57,453 nt of DNA from an uncultured virus (IMG/VR IMGVR_UViG_3300045996_004413) (lineage: Duplodnaviria > Heunggongvirae > Uroviricota > Caudoviricetes), in the IMG/VR virus record IMGVR_UViG_3300045996_004413. One strand, 5' to 3'. The position numbers and the translations under genes were made by a program. The notes under the pieces are model-generated. The model made no database searches, was not told the DNA's origin, and saw only the letters and a list, made by a program, of their open reading frames with translations. Below, piece by piece: positions 16,718-25,299 of the stretch (the first letter of the stretch is position 1; each line of letters opens with the position of its first letter).

Positions 16718-18195
16718 CCAAGATCGCTGAGCTTCGGGCCAAGGCCAAGAACATCAAAGTCGCTGCCGATTTCTGGTGCAAGTCGTGCAAGCGGCCCAAG
16801 TCAGGCTGCCCTTGCACAATGAAGACCAAGAACAAGGTGGCGGCCGCCGGCGCGCCGGCACCTTCGCCGGGCTCCCCGCCGCCGACTCCCGGCGCTGCCC
16901 CCGCTGGCGGCGCTCCGACTCCTGGCGCTCCCGCCCCGGCATCTGCCGCCCCGCCCGCTGGCGGCCCGCAGGTCCCGGATCCCACCCAGCCCAACATGCC
17001 CCCGGGCGCCGCAGGCACCGTCCCCACGGGCGTGACGCAACAGGTGGACGCTCTCACGCAGGCCAAGCAGCAGGCTGAACAAGCCAAGCAGCAGGCCGAC
17101 CTGATCCGTGCTGAAGGCATCAAGGTCAAATCCCAGATGCAGATCGCCAAGGAGCAGCAGAACCTGCAGAAGATCCAGCAGCAGGCCCAACAGTTCCAAC
17201 AGGCAGCCGCTGCCCCCGCCCCTGCACCCGCCCCCGGCGGCGGTGCAATGGGTGCAACCCCAGGTGCAATGGGCGGTACAACCCCCGGCGGCGCACCTGG
17301 CGGTGCACCGGGCGGCGCTCCCGCCCCGGCCGCCCCCAAGATGGCGAGTGCCAAGATCGCCAGCGTGAAGCTCACGCTGCTCAAGAAGAAAGCTGCCGCG
17401 AACCGCCGCATCAACGACACGATGGCCGACCTGTGCGCGATCAACGAAGTATTGATCTGCGATCTCAATCCCGAGCACGTGAAAGCAGCGAGTAGCACGA
17501 TCCCGCTGTCGTCCACGCAGCCCTGGCTGGTGGACTTCTGCCTGAACTCCAACGGCAGCGGCCGGGTCGCCGACATGATCAACCAGCGCCTCCACGGCAA
17601 CGCCCGCGTCGAGAAGATCGCCGCCGGGGATCTTCTCGCCTACCGCAACGTCCTCGAGCGGGGCATTCGCCTTGATCGCGGCATCCGCAAGATGGCAGGC
17701 ATCATCGCTACCTCAGTGGAAAAGCGTGCCGCGGACGCCCAGACGCCGATCCCCGCCATGGTGCTAACCAAGGCCGCGACCGTGGTGGGAGAAGACATTC
17801 TCCTGCCCCTGCGACAGGCCGTGGCCCTCAAGTTTGACCGCTACCTGCGTAAACAGGCAGCGATGCTCTCGACCGTGACGGTGACCACCAAGCAAGGGTC
17901 CAAGACCCTGCCGGTTGTTACCCTCGATGACGCGTCGCGCAGCCTCGCCGAAGTCATGCAGGCGGATGACGCGACCCCGGAGACGCAGGCCCAGAAGGAA
18001 GCCGCGGTACGCGTGATCTTCCTCAAGCATGCTGCCCTGCGGAAAGCGGCAAACATCCAGGTGTTGGAACACGCGGGCGCAGCAGCCCTTGTCGGTAATG
18101 ACAGCGTGGGCCTGTCCAAGTGTCTCATTGGCCTTGCTGCCGAAGGCGTCTTTGGCGACGCCGCCATGAGCAGCGTTCTTGGAATCGAAGCATGA
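16714..18195 (+). CDS. K-x-A-rich, Pro/Ala/Gln low-complexity protein with N-terminal Cys cluster (493 aa); putative inner-head/scaffold-like protein
   Basis: ATGA-coupled to the RNAP gene; CKSC...CPC; more than a dozen K-x-A motifs. Confidence 0.8.
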   Translation: MTKIAELRAKAKNIKVAADFWCKSCKRPKSGCPCTMKTKNKVAAAGAPAPSPGSPPPTPGAAPAGGAPTPGAPAPASAAPPAGGPQVPDPTQPNMPPGAAGTVPTGVTQQVDALTQAKQQAEQAKQQADLIRAEGIKVKSQMQIAKEQQNLQKIQQQAQQFQQAAAAPAPAPAPGGGAMGATPGAMGGTTPGGAPGGAPGGAPAPAAPKMASAKIASVKLTLLKKKAAANRRINDTMADLCAINEVLICDLNPEHVKAASSTIPLSSTQPWLVDFCLNSNGSGRVADMINQRLHGNARVEKIAAGDLLAYRNVLERGIRLDRGIRKMAGIIATSVEKRAADAQTPIPAMVLTKAATVVGEDILLPLRQAVALKFDRYLRKQAAMLSTVTVTTKQGSKTLPVVTLDDASRSLAEVMQADDATPETQAQKEAAVRVIFLKHAALRKAANIQVLEHAGAAALVGNDSVGLSKCLIGLAAEGVFGDAAMSSVLGIEA

Positions 18196-18671
18196 ACCAG
18201 ACATTGACCATCGTGGTGCCTGAGACCCGGGCGCAGATCAAGATCGCCTTCACCAAGGAGGCGGCGACGGTCGCACCGGGACTTGGGTTCGACTTTCAAA
18301 ACAAGATCGACGTTGCCGCTATGGTCAACACCTGCCAGATGCTGCGCAACAGCGAGATCGTCGCGCCGCCTGCCGTGAAGGCCGCGGTGGTTGCTGTTCC
18401 CGGCGGACAAGAGCAGGGTGCTCAGGGCACCCAGGCCCCGCCCCCGGGGGCAGATGCCCCCCAATTGGTGGACCGCCAGACATTCGATTCAACGGTGCAG
18501 CAGATGCAGCAACAGATCGCCGCCCTCGAACAGGCGCTGGCCTCCCAGGGCGGCGCACCTGCAGCACCCCCGGCATCGCCTCCGCCGGTCGCCGGAGCGG
18601 CTCAGCCTCAAGCCGCTCCGGCCCCCCAGGCGACGCCCAAAGCAGCCAAGGTCACTTGTCACTTGCTGTGA
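18192..18671 (+). CDS. Hypothetical Pro/Ala/Gln-rich protein (159 aa)
   Basis: Start moved to ATG 18192 (ATGA overlap); KIAFTKEAA motifs; short coiled coil. Confidence 0.7.
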   Translation: MNQTLTIVVPETRAQIKIAFTKEAATVAPGLGFDFQNKIDVAAMVNTCQMLRNSEIVAPPAVKAAVVAVPGGQEQGAQGTQAPPPGADAPQLVDRQTFDSTVQQMQQQIAALEQALASQGGAPAAPPASPPPVAGAAQPQAAPAPQATPKAAKVTCHLL

Positions 18672-18678
18672 GATTCCC

Positions 18679-18906
18679 GTGCTTGTCGAACTTCACAATG
18701 GCTCGGTGCTTACCCGGCCCTCAGTTTTTGACAACGTGTCAGCGGTCAAGGTTTTCGGCCTCAACCGGCAGCTCATTGCGATCATCCACGAGTTACAACC
18801 CGGGGTGACGCAGGTCGTCGACGCCGACGATCCGGACTTTGCATCGGTATGCAAGAACTACGGGATCAACACCAAACCCGCCGTGGCTATCGAGGTGGAT
18901 CAGTGA
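18679..18906 (+). CDS. Small hypothetical protein (75 aa) coupled to the beta-prime C-terminal gene
   Basis: GTG start within ORF 18391..18906; globular sequence VELHNGSVLTRPSVFDNV...; its stop overlaps the next start (GTGA). Confidence 0.65.
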   Translation: MLVELHNGSVLTRPSVFDNVSAVKVFGLNRQLIAIIHELQPGVTQVVDADDPDFASVCKNYGINTKPAVAIEVDQ

Positions 18907-20723
18907 GAGCGACGCTCGGCGCAATCCTGGTGAACTCCGTCCTGCCGGAGGAGTTCCGCGACTACAACCGCACGTGGGACAAGAAAACCACGTCCGCGGT
19001 CATGGACGCGGTCGCCAAGAAATACCCCAACGATTACCGGGACATCGTCCATAAGCTCCACGAGATCGGAGGCCTGGCAGCATATACCTCCGGTCACACG
19101 GTCACCCTTAACGACCTCGCCTCCGTCGCCCTCCCACCCGAAAAGACCATGGAGATCAACCGGGCCATCGACAAGATCACCGACTCCAAGGGGTCCTTTG
19201 ATGAAAAGAACAAGCAATTGCTGGAGTTCCTCGGCAAGATCGGCGAGGACGCCGAAGTTTCCACGCTGCAGGCCCTGACCCAGAGAAACAACCCCCTGGC
19301 CAAGGAAGTCAACGCCGGTGCCCGTGGAAACGCCACGCAGCTCAACTCCATGGTCGGCTCTTCTTCGCTGGTGCTCGACCAGGACAACAACCCCGCCCCC
19401 GTGGCAATCATGAACAGCCTGTCGCACGGCCTGTCTCCTGCGGAGTATTTCGCCCAGAGCTTCGGCACCCGCCGCGGGGCGATCTCCACCAAGATGGCCA
19501 CCGCCGACTCAGGCTTTCTCGGCAAGCAGCTGGCACTGGCGGCCCACCGCCTGATCGCCACCGACGATGAACCTATGCCGGGCCTGGGGCTGCCAGTGGA
19601 CGCCTTCGATGAAGACAACGTGGGCGCTGCCTTGGCCCAGGACGTTGGCCCTTACAAAGCAGGCACGATCATTACGTCCTCCATGGTCAAAAGCTGGCCC
19701 AAGGGCACAAAGCGGATCCTGGTGCGCAGCCCGGTCTCCGACATCTCCCCCGACGGTGGCGTGCCGCGTCTTTCTTTAGGTATCCGGGAAAATGGGATTC
19801 CGGAACACGGCGAAGAAGTGGGGATACCGGCAATCCAGACGATCACCAACGACCTCAGCCAGGGGGCGCTCAATGAAAAACACCGCGGCGGGGCCGGCGG
19901 CGTGCGCAAAGCCGGATTCAAGGTCATTAACCAACTCGTCCAGGTTCCCAAGGTATTCCCGTCCGGCGCTGCTCATGCCGCCCTCGACGGGAACGTCACC
20001 GCGATTACCGACGCCCCACAGGGGGGCAAGTACATCCACATCGGAGACACCAAGCATTACGTTGCCCCCGACCAGTCGCCGACGGTCCAGAAGGGCGCCA
20101 GCGTCGAAGCCGGCGACGTGATGAGCAACGGCCTGCCCAACCCCTCGGTGATCGTGCACCACAAGGGCATCGGCGAAGGCCGGCGATACTTCACCGACCT
20201 GATGCGGGACGTGCTCAACGAGAGCAAGCTGGGGGCAAATCGGCGGAACATTGAGTTGATGGCCCGCTCGGTCATCAACCACGTGCGGGTGAAAGACGAG
20301 TCCGACGCCCTGCCCGGGGCGCTCCCCGGCGACGTGGTGGAATACGATCGGCTCGCCCACTCCTACCAGCCCCGCGAAGGGGCCCTGGAAGTCCCGGCCA
20401 CCAGCGCCAAGGGCGGGTACCTTGAGAAGCCGGTGCTGCACTACTCCATCGGCACCCAGATCAAGCCCAGTGTCAGCCGCACCCTCAAGGAGTTCGGCGT
20501 CAAGACAGTCACTGTCCACAAGGACCCGCCGCCGTTCGAGCCCTACCAGGAACGGGTCATGACCTCCATGCTGCAGTCTCCCGACTGGGCCGAGCGGCTG
20601 GGCGGATTCTACACCTCCAAGGGCATGCTCGACGCCGTTCACCGCGGCGGTTCGAGCGACCTGAACAGCAACTCCTACATCCCCAAGCTGGTGTTCGGCG
20701 CCCCGCTGGCCGGCGACAAATAA
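18903..20723 (+). CDS. rpoC: DNA-directed RNA polymerase beta-prime C-terminal half (606 aa)
   Basis: GTG start with GAGGTGG SD. Motifs: TLGAILVNSVLP, GARGNATQL, bridge helix GLSPAEYFAQSFGTRRGAISTKMATADSGFLGKQL, trigger loop GEEVGIPAIQTITNDLSQGALNEKHRGG, RRNIELMARS. Confidence 0.95.
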   Translation: MRATLGAILVNSVLPEEFRDYNRTWDKKTTSAVMDAVAKKYPNDYRDIVHKLHEIGGLAAYTSGHTVTLNDLASVALPPEKTMEINRAIDKITDSKGSFDEKNKQLLEFLGKIGEDAEVSTLQALTQRNNPLAKEVNAGARGNATQLNSMVGSSSLVLDQDNNPAPVAIMNSLSHGLSPAEYFAQSFGTRRGAISTKMATADSGFLGKQLALAAHRLIATDDEPMPGLGLPVDAFDEDNVGAALAQDVGPYKAGTIITSSMVKSWPKGTKRILVRSPVSDISPDGGVPRLSLGIRENGIPEHGEEVGIPAIQTITNDLSQGALNEKHRGGAGGVRKAGFKVINQLVQVPKVFPSGAAHAALDGNVTAITDAPQGGKYIHIGDTKHYVAPDQSPTVQKGASVEAGDVMSNGLPNPSVIVHHKGIGEGRRYFTDLMRDVLNESKLGANRRNIELMARSVINHVRVKDESDALPGALPGDVVEYDRLAHSYQPREGALEVPATSAKGGYLEKPVLHYSIGTQIKPSVSRTLKEFGVKTVTVHKDPPPFEPYQERVMTSMLQSPDWAERLGGFYTSKGMLDAVHRGGSSDLNSNSYIPKLVFGAPLAGDK

Positions 20724-20776
20724 CCCCTGACAACTAATTGCTCAGCTGCGCCACCTTTCCACAGCCTCCTAACTCA

Positions 20777-20785
20777 TGGTAAGCT
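20777..20785 (+). promoter_or_regulatory. Extended -10 promoter element
   Basis: TGGTAAGCT in the AT-richer intergenic gap upstream of 20831. Confidence 0.5.
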
Positions 20786-20830
20786 GTACTCTGCTATTAC
20801 TCTTACCCGAATTACGTGAGGGCCGCGGAC

Positions 20831-23134
20831 ATGGGCGCCACCAAGCAAGCCACCAACGACGTTGAATTCGAGCAGCGGTTGCAGCAGCTCTGCCTGCCGC
20901 AGATCAAGTCCAAGATTCCGCGCCTCGCCCCCATGATGATGGGTTTCGAGTTGCTCAACGTCAATGACGACGAGACCGAGGCCGCTGGGATCTACGCGTT
21001 CCGCGTGGGTGAGCAGCTGGTGTACGTGCCGGTCTTTTTCCGCGAAGGCATGATCAAGGGTTTGAACATGCTGTACCTGGAGAAGGACGATCTCTTTCTC
21101 CCGGCCGAGGAAGAATGGATCTCCTACATCATCAACCGCGAACCCTACACCGTCGGCAAACTCACAAGCCGCGAAGAACTCAACCGCGATTACCGTGACA
21201 CCTTCTCCAACGTCGCCAACGCCTTTGGTAAGACCGCCGCTGATGGCCGCCGCGCCTTCCAGAAGATGGCAGCCGTTGCCACGCTGGCTGCGCACGCAAA
21301 ACAGGTCCCTGATCTCGAAGCGCTGCTGCAGCGGTTCCCCAAGTCCGCCACCCTGAGCCTCCTGAACACCATGCAGATGGACGACGATTTTGGGCGGGCT
21401 GTGCTCCAGTTCTATCCCTTCCAGAAGCTCGCGGCGATCGCCGAGAAGATCGAGAACAACAAACGGCAGGAAAACGCCTCGGCCGACCCGATCAACGGCA
21501 AGGAAAACCAGGGCATCAAGTACAAGCGTAAGCCGCTGGCCCTGACCTCCGACGACAGCGGCCTGCTCGACGCCGACCTGACCGATGACGAACGCAAGCA
21601 GATCCGCGTGGACGGCGTTGCAATCCGCGACGACCGGGATTCCAAGGACGTCACTGATGTTCTGCGGACCGAGACCCCCACCCAGTGGTTTGCTCCGACC
21701 CACCCCGGCGTTTACGACCTCATCGACGTCAAGGGCGCCATTCAAAAGGCCGTGATCTTCACCAGCGTCATCACCGTGGGCGATGGTTCCGCCCGCTGCA
21801 TCGTTGCTGTCACCAAGGACAAGGACGGCGGGGTATTTGCCCCGGGCGTCATGACCGCCACTGATGCCTACCCGGATGAGGCTTGGAACCGCTGGCACGA
21901 CGAGCTGCCGACGATCGGCGAAGCCGACATCTCCGACGGAGATCGGTTCGTCCTTGTCACCCGTGACATGCGGGCGACACCCCTGCTCCGGGCGATCGGC
22001 GTTAAGACCAAGAACTCTGACGATCGCACCACCACGCTGTTTGTCGACCACACCACCCACGTCGAGTTGCCCCGCAGCTCCGATCTGTACGGCGACAGCT
22101 ACGGCACCGGGCCGGTTGGATACGTTGGCGGCAACTCCAAGCGGGGCCAGCGACCCGGGATCTCCATGGACAACGAACCCGAAAGCACCGGGGTGCTCGA
22201 CAAGTACTTCGAACGACGGATTGAACGCGGCGAGGCTAAGGCCAGCGACGCGGAGTCCTACGACTACAAGCGCGGCCGCCGGATCACGATCGTCAAGAAC
22301 GACGAGACCCAGGAGATGGAAACCAGCGGCAACCAGCTGCTGGTCAGCGATGCAGTCCGCGTGCTCAAGCTCTCCAAGGACGACAAGGACACGGCCCGCA
22401 ACCTGATGGCCCCCTGCGACAGCTCGTTGTGGCCACGCATCAAGCAGGCCAACGCCAAGTTCCAGAAAATGGTCGTCGCCGCCCGCGGCACCAACGAGTA
22501 CGACATCTCCTGCGGCCTGGTCAAGAGCGGCACGGTCAACCACCGCGACGCAATCCTCCACCTGGTCATGGTCCATGGGACCAACAAGGCAGCGGCGATC
22601 CGCATGATGGCTGAGGCCCAGAAGGCAGCGTCCAAGCGGAAGGAAGCCCCGGTCTTTGCGGTCAAGCACGCTGATTCCTACCCCGACTTGGACATCAGCA
22701 GCAGCGCCGGGGGCAGCGGGGGCGTGGAAGAGACCGCAAACCGGGTCCACCAGGACTCCGGCGGCGGAAACCCTTTCCTGACCGAAGACATCAAGAGCAT
22801 CACCAACGCCGCCAAGTCCGGTGAGAAGTCGATGTTTGACACCGCGGTGCTTGTCTCGCTGGTTCGCCGGCATGACATCGGCGCTGCGATCGACGAACTC
22901 ATCAGCCCGGCAACGCTGGGCATCGACAGTTGGTGCCGCGCCCTGTTCCTGCTGTACGCCCACCGCCAGGCCTTCGAAGACAAGTACGGGACCGAAGATG
23001 TCCCGCAGCTCGAAGACGCTCTCGAGAACCTGATCAAGGAGAGCGGCGAGGTCCTGCTGATCCTGAAGAAGCAGTCCACCGAAGCGGAATCTGGTCTCGC
23101 CGAGCCCAAGAACGATCTCGAGCCCAGCGCCTAA
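20831..23134 (+). CDS. Large hypothetical head-module protein with K-x-A motifs (767 aa)
   Basis: ATG 20831 with GAGG SD preferred over GTG 20816; strong codon bias; KQAT, KTAA, KMAA, KLAA, KQAN, KHAD. Confidence 0.85.
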   Translation: MGATKQATNDVEFEQRLQQLCLPQIKSKIPRLAPMMMGFELLNVNDDETEAAGIYAFRVGEQLVYVPVFFREGMIKGLNMLYLEKDDLFLPAEEEWISYIINREPYTVGKLTSREELNRDYRDTFSNVANAFGKTAADGRRAFQKMAAVATLAAHAKQVPDLEALLQRFPKSATLSLLNTMQMDDDFGRAVLQFYPFQKLAAIAEKIENNKRQENASADPINGKENQGIKYKRKPLALTSDDSGLLDADLTDDERKQIRVDGVAIRDDRDSKDVTDVLRTETPTQWFAPTHPGVYDLIDVKGAIQKAVIFTSVITVGDGSARCIVAVTKDKDGGVFAPGVMTATDAYPDEAWNRWHDELPTIGEADISDGDRFVLVTRDMRATPLLRAIGVKTKNSDDRTTTLFVDHTTHVELPRSSDLYGDSYGTGPVGYVGGNSKRGQRPGISMDNEPESTGVLDKYFERRIERGEAKASDAESYDYKRGRRITIVKNDETQEMETSGNQLLVSDAVRVLKLSKDDKDTARNLMAPCDSSLWPRIKQANAKFQKMVVAARGTNEYDISCGLVKSGTVNHRDAILHLVMVHGTNKAAAIRMMAEAQKAASKRKEAPVFAVKHADSYPDLDISSSAGGSGGVEETANRVHQDSGGGNPFLTEDIKSITNAAKSGEKSMFDTAVLVSLVRRHDIGAAIDELISPATLGIDSWCRALFLLYAHRQAFEDKYGTEDVPQLEDALENLIKESGEVLLILKKQSTEAESGLAEPKNDLEPSA

Positions 23135-23167
23135 CGGTTCCCTGTTTTTGTAGCGGTACTTTGCACG

Positions 23168-24022
23168 ATGTATATCCGTCCGACCTCCAAATTCGTCAAC
23201 CAGCACGAACGCCGCTGGACCCGCGTGGTGCAGCTTTGCAGCACGCAGGGTGCAATTCCGTCGCCGCCCGCGGACGACCAGTACGTCATGGACGCGTTCA
23301 GGTTCCTCACGGCCATGAACGAGGCTGCCGGGAACGAGGCCAGGCAGGCAAAGGTCTCCCACCGGTACCCCTCCCTCTACGAAGCCTACACCCTCAAGAA
23401 GGCGGCGAACCCCACCACCCGCAGCGCCGTCGAGGCGCTGATCGTAGGCCACGTCGACATCGCGGTCATCGCCCGGGAATACGACGTCTCGCCCGAGGTG
23501 ATCACCTGGTACAAAAAGCTGTGGTTCGACGTGGGTGAGAAACCCCTCAGCCGCCTGCAGGTCACCACCGTGCTTGTGCCGGAGCTTCATGGCTCTGGCA
23601 TGTCCGCCGACAACGTGGACGCCCTGGCCAAGCTCATGGCCACCTCCTTCAGTCCCGACCACGCCCTGGACTTTCTCGAGCTGCGGGAACTCCGCGATGG
23701 CGACTTCAGCAAGCACCAGAACATGTACCGCACGCTGCTGATGTACAAGGCGACCCGTGCCGTGGCTTGCGTGCCGGTCAACAGCTTCACCGCGCTGCCG
23801 CTCATGGAAACGCAGTTGCAGATCGAACGCATGGACAAAGAAATGTCGCTGGCCCAAGGCGCCAGCGGCGGTACCCAGTCAGAAGTCATGGACATGATGC
23901 TCAAGGGCGCCGCGTCGGCCTGGGTCGTCATGAACAAAGGCGATATCCCGTCCGACGTCAACGGAAAACTCCGCCTGGCGGAAACCAGTTCAAACCTTGC
24001 TCAACTTGGGAGTGGATCATGA
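23168..24022 (+). CDS. Hypothetical helical protein with possible HTH (284 aa)
   Basis: DIAVIAREYDVSPEVITWYKKLWFD resembles a helix-turn-helix; no SD, TACTTT 5 nt before the ATG. Confidence 0.7.
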   Translation: MYIRPTSKFVNQHERRWTRVVQLCSTQGAIPSPPADDQYVMDAFRFLTAMNEAAGNEARQAKVSHRYPSLYEAYTLKKAANPTTRSAVEALIVGHVDIAVIAREYDVSPEVITWYKKLWFDVGEKPLSRLQVTTVLVPELHGSGMSADNVDALAKLMATSFSPDHALDFLELRELRDGDFSKHQNMYRTLLMYKATRAVACVPVNSFTALPLMETQLQIERMDKEMSLAQGASGGTQSEVMDMMLKGAASAWVVMNKGDIPSDVNGKLRLAETSSNLAQLGSGS

Positions 24023-25293
24023 AACGCGCTGGCGAAGATGCCCTGCAACTCTTGCACGAAACCGCAGCCTCGGTCTATGAACAATCCGCCGCCGGTGCTA
24101 ACCCCACCCAGTGCGTGATCAAGGCCTCGAAAGAGGCGTCGATGACCAAGGCCTGGACGGAGCGCCTTTGCGAAGTTACGAATCGCCTTTTAACGGTCGA
24201 CCACCTGGAGAACGCCCCGGCCGACAAGCGGGCCGCCGCGCACCCCCTAGTCAACAAGGACGAAGTTCTCGAAACCCTTTTCCCCGCGACGCTGGCGCCG
24301 GCGCCAACTCGCAAGGCCGCCTCCGCGGGGAACCCCTTTGTCACCTATACCTACCGGGACGTGTTCTCTTCGGAGAAAGCAGCTTCCACCAAAGCCGCCG
24401 CTGACGAGAAAGACATGGATCCGCTGGGCGGCTCCAACGAGAAGGACATCCTGCAGCGGGCCATCGGCCTGCAGCGGACGCTGAAACTGGCTGCGGGCGA
24501 GGTGGGCACGATCACCTATGCCGGCGAACAGCGTGTCAGCAGCCTTGCCGACATCTGCGCTAAGGCCGTCAAAAAAGCCTGCATCCCCCTGCAGACACTG
24601 GAAGAGCGGGCGCTTCACTGGTTCGGCAAAGACACGATCAAGGCGGCTGACATTCTTGCCGTCCGCCTGCCAGTACAGCCTCGTTTCAAGGCGGCGTCGC
24701 CGCGGACTTTCACTACCGCCTGGCCGAAAGACGCCTCACCCTACAAGGAATTTTCCGACCTGCTCATCGCGGCGCGAGAAGAAGCGCTGCGGATCAAGCT
24801 GGCCCAGGACACCGCCGCGGTGGCCACCAAGTTTGCCAGGCTCATCGACCTGAAGCTCAATCACATCAGCAAGCAGGCGGCGGGCAAGGTCAGCGAATTG
24901 GGCAGCCACGCCATCAACGAAAAGGTGCTCTCCGCACTCGTACCCGAGGGCGGCGACAAGGGCGAGTCGTCGAGTGGCGATCTGGATCTCATCACCGCCG
25001 GGGTTAAACCCGAGGACGCCCAGTTCGCCAACAGCATCCAGGCTCGGATGGCCCTGGTCGGAGCACTGAAGGATCCCGTGATCGCCCGCCGCGATCTGTC
25101 GGACGTGGTCAAGGCGTACAACCGCTTCGCCGACACCTCGCCCCGGGCTTTCATGCACGAATCTTCGCTGACAAGCCTGCTGCGACACACGCTCGAGCAG
25201 CCTGATCAGGCCCCGCACGATTTGGCCCAGATGCAGCAGCTCGAGAAGGGGCTTGCCGCACAGGATGACATCACCAACGCCTCGAACCGGTAG
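24019..25293 (+). CDS. K-x-A-rich hypothetical head protein (424 aa)
   Basis: Start moved to ATG 24019 (GGGAG SD, ATGA overlap); numerous KAAS, KLAA and KQAA motifs. Confidence 0.8.
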   Translation: MKRAGEDALQLLHETAASVYEQSAAGANPTQCVIKASKEASMTKAWTERLCEVTNRLLTVDHLENAPADKRAAAHPLVNKDEVLETLFPATLAPAPTRKAASAGNPFVTYTYRDVFSSEKAASTKAAADEKDMDPLGGSNEKDILQRAIGLQRTLKLAAGEVGTITYAGEQRVSSLADICAKAVKKACIPLQTLEERALHWFGKDTIKAADILAVRLPVQPRFKAASPRTFTTAWPKDASPYKEFSDLLIAAREEALRIKLAQDTAAVATKFARLIDLKLNHISKQAAGKVSELGSHAINEKVLSALVPEGGDKGESSSGDLDLITAGVKPEDAQFANSIQARMALVGALKDPVIARRDLSDVVKAYNRFADTSPRAFMHESSLTSLLRHTLEQPDQAPHDLAQMQQLEKGLAAQDDITNASNR

Positions 25294-25299
25294 GACCTT

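Noticed and set aside
16717..18903. Intron or intein interrupting beta-prime
   Set aside because: The gap holds three ordinary coupled ORFs with no homing endonuclease, splice or intein motifs, and the second half has its own SD and start.
12302..20723. Host chromosomal rpoB/rpoC operon or a decayed pseudogene
   Set aside because: No ribosomal protein genes nearby, phage structural context, intact catalytic residues, and clean starts, stops and codon bias in both halves.
20774..23857. 1027-aa minus-strand ORF, and similar ones at 2935-4701, 12413-13759, 27894-29795 and 36980-38200
   Set aside because: Antisense shadows of real + strand genes caused by GC-rich codon bias; no SD or recognisable domains.
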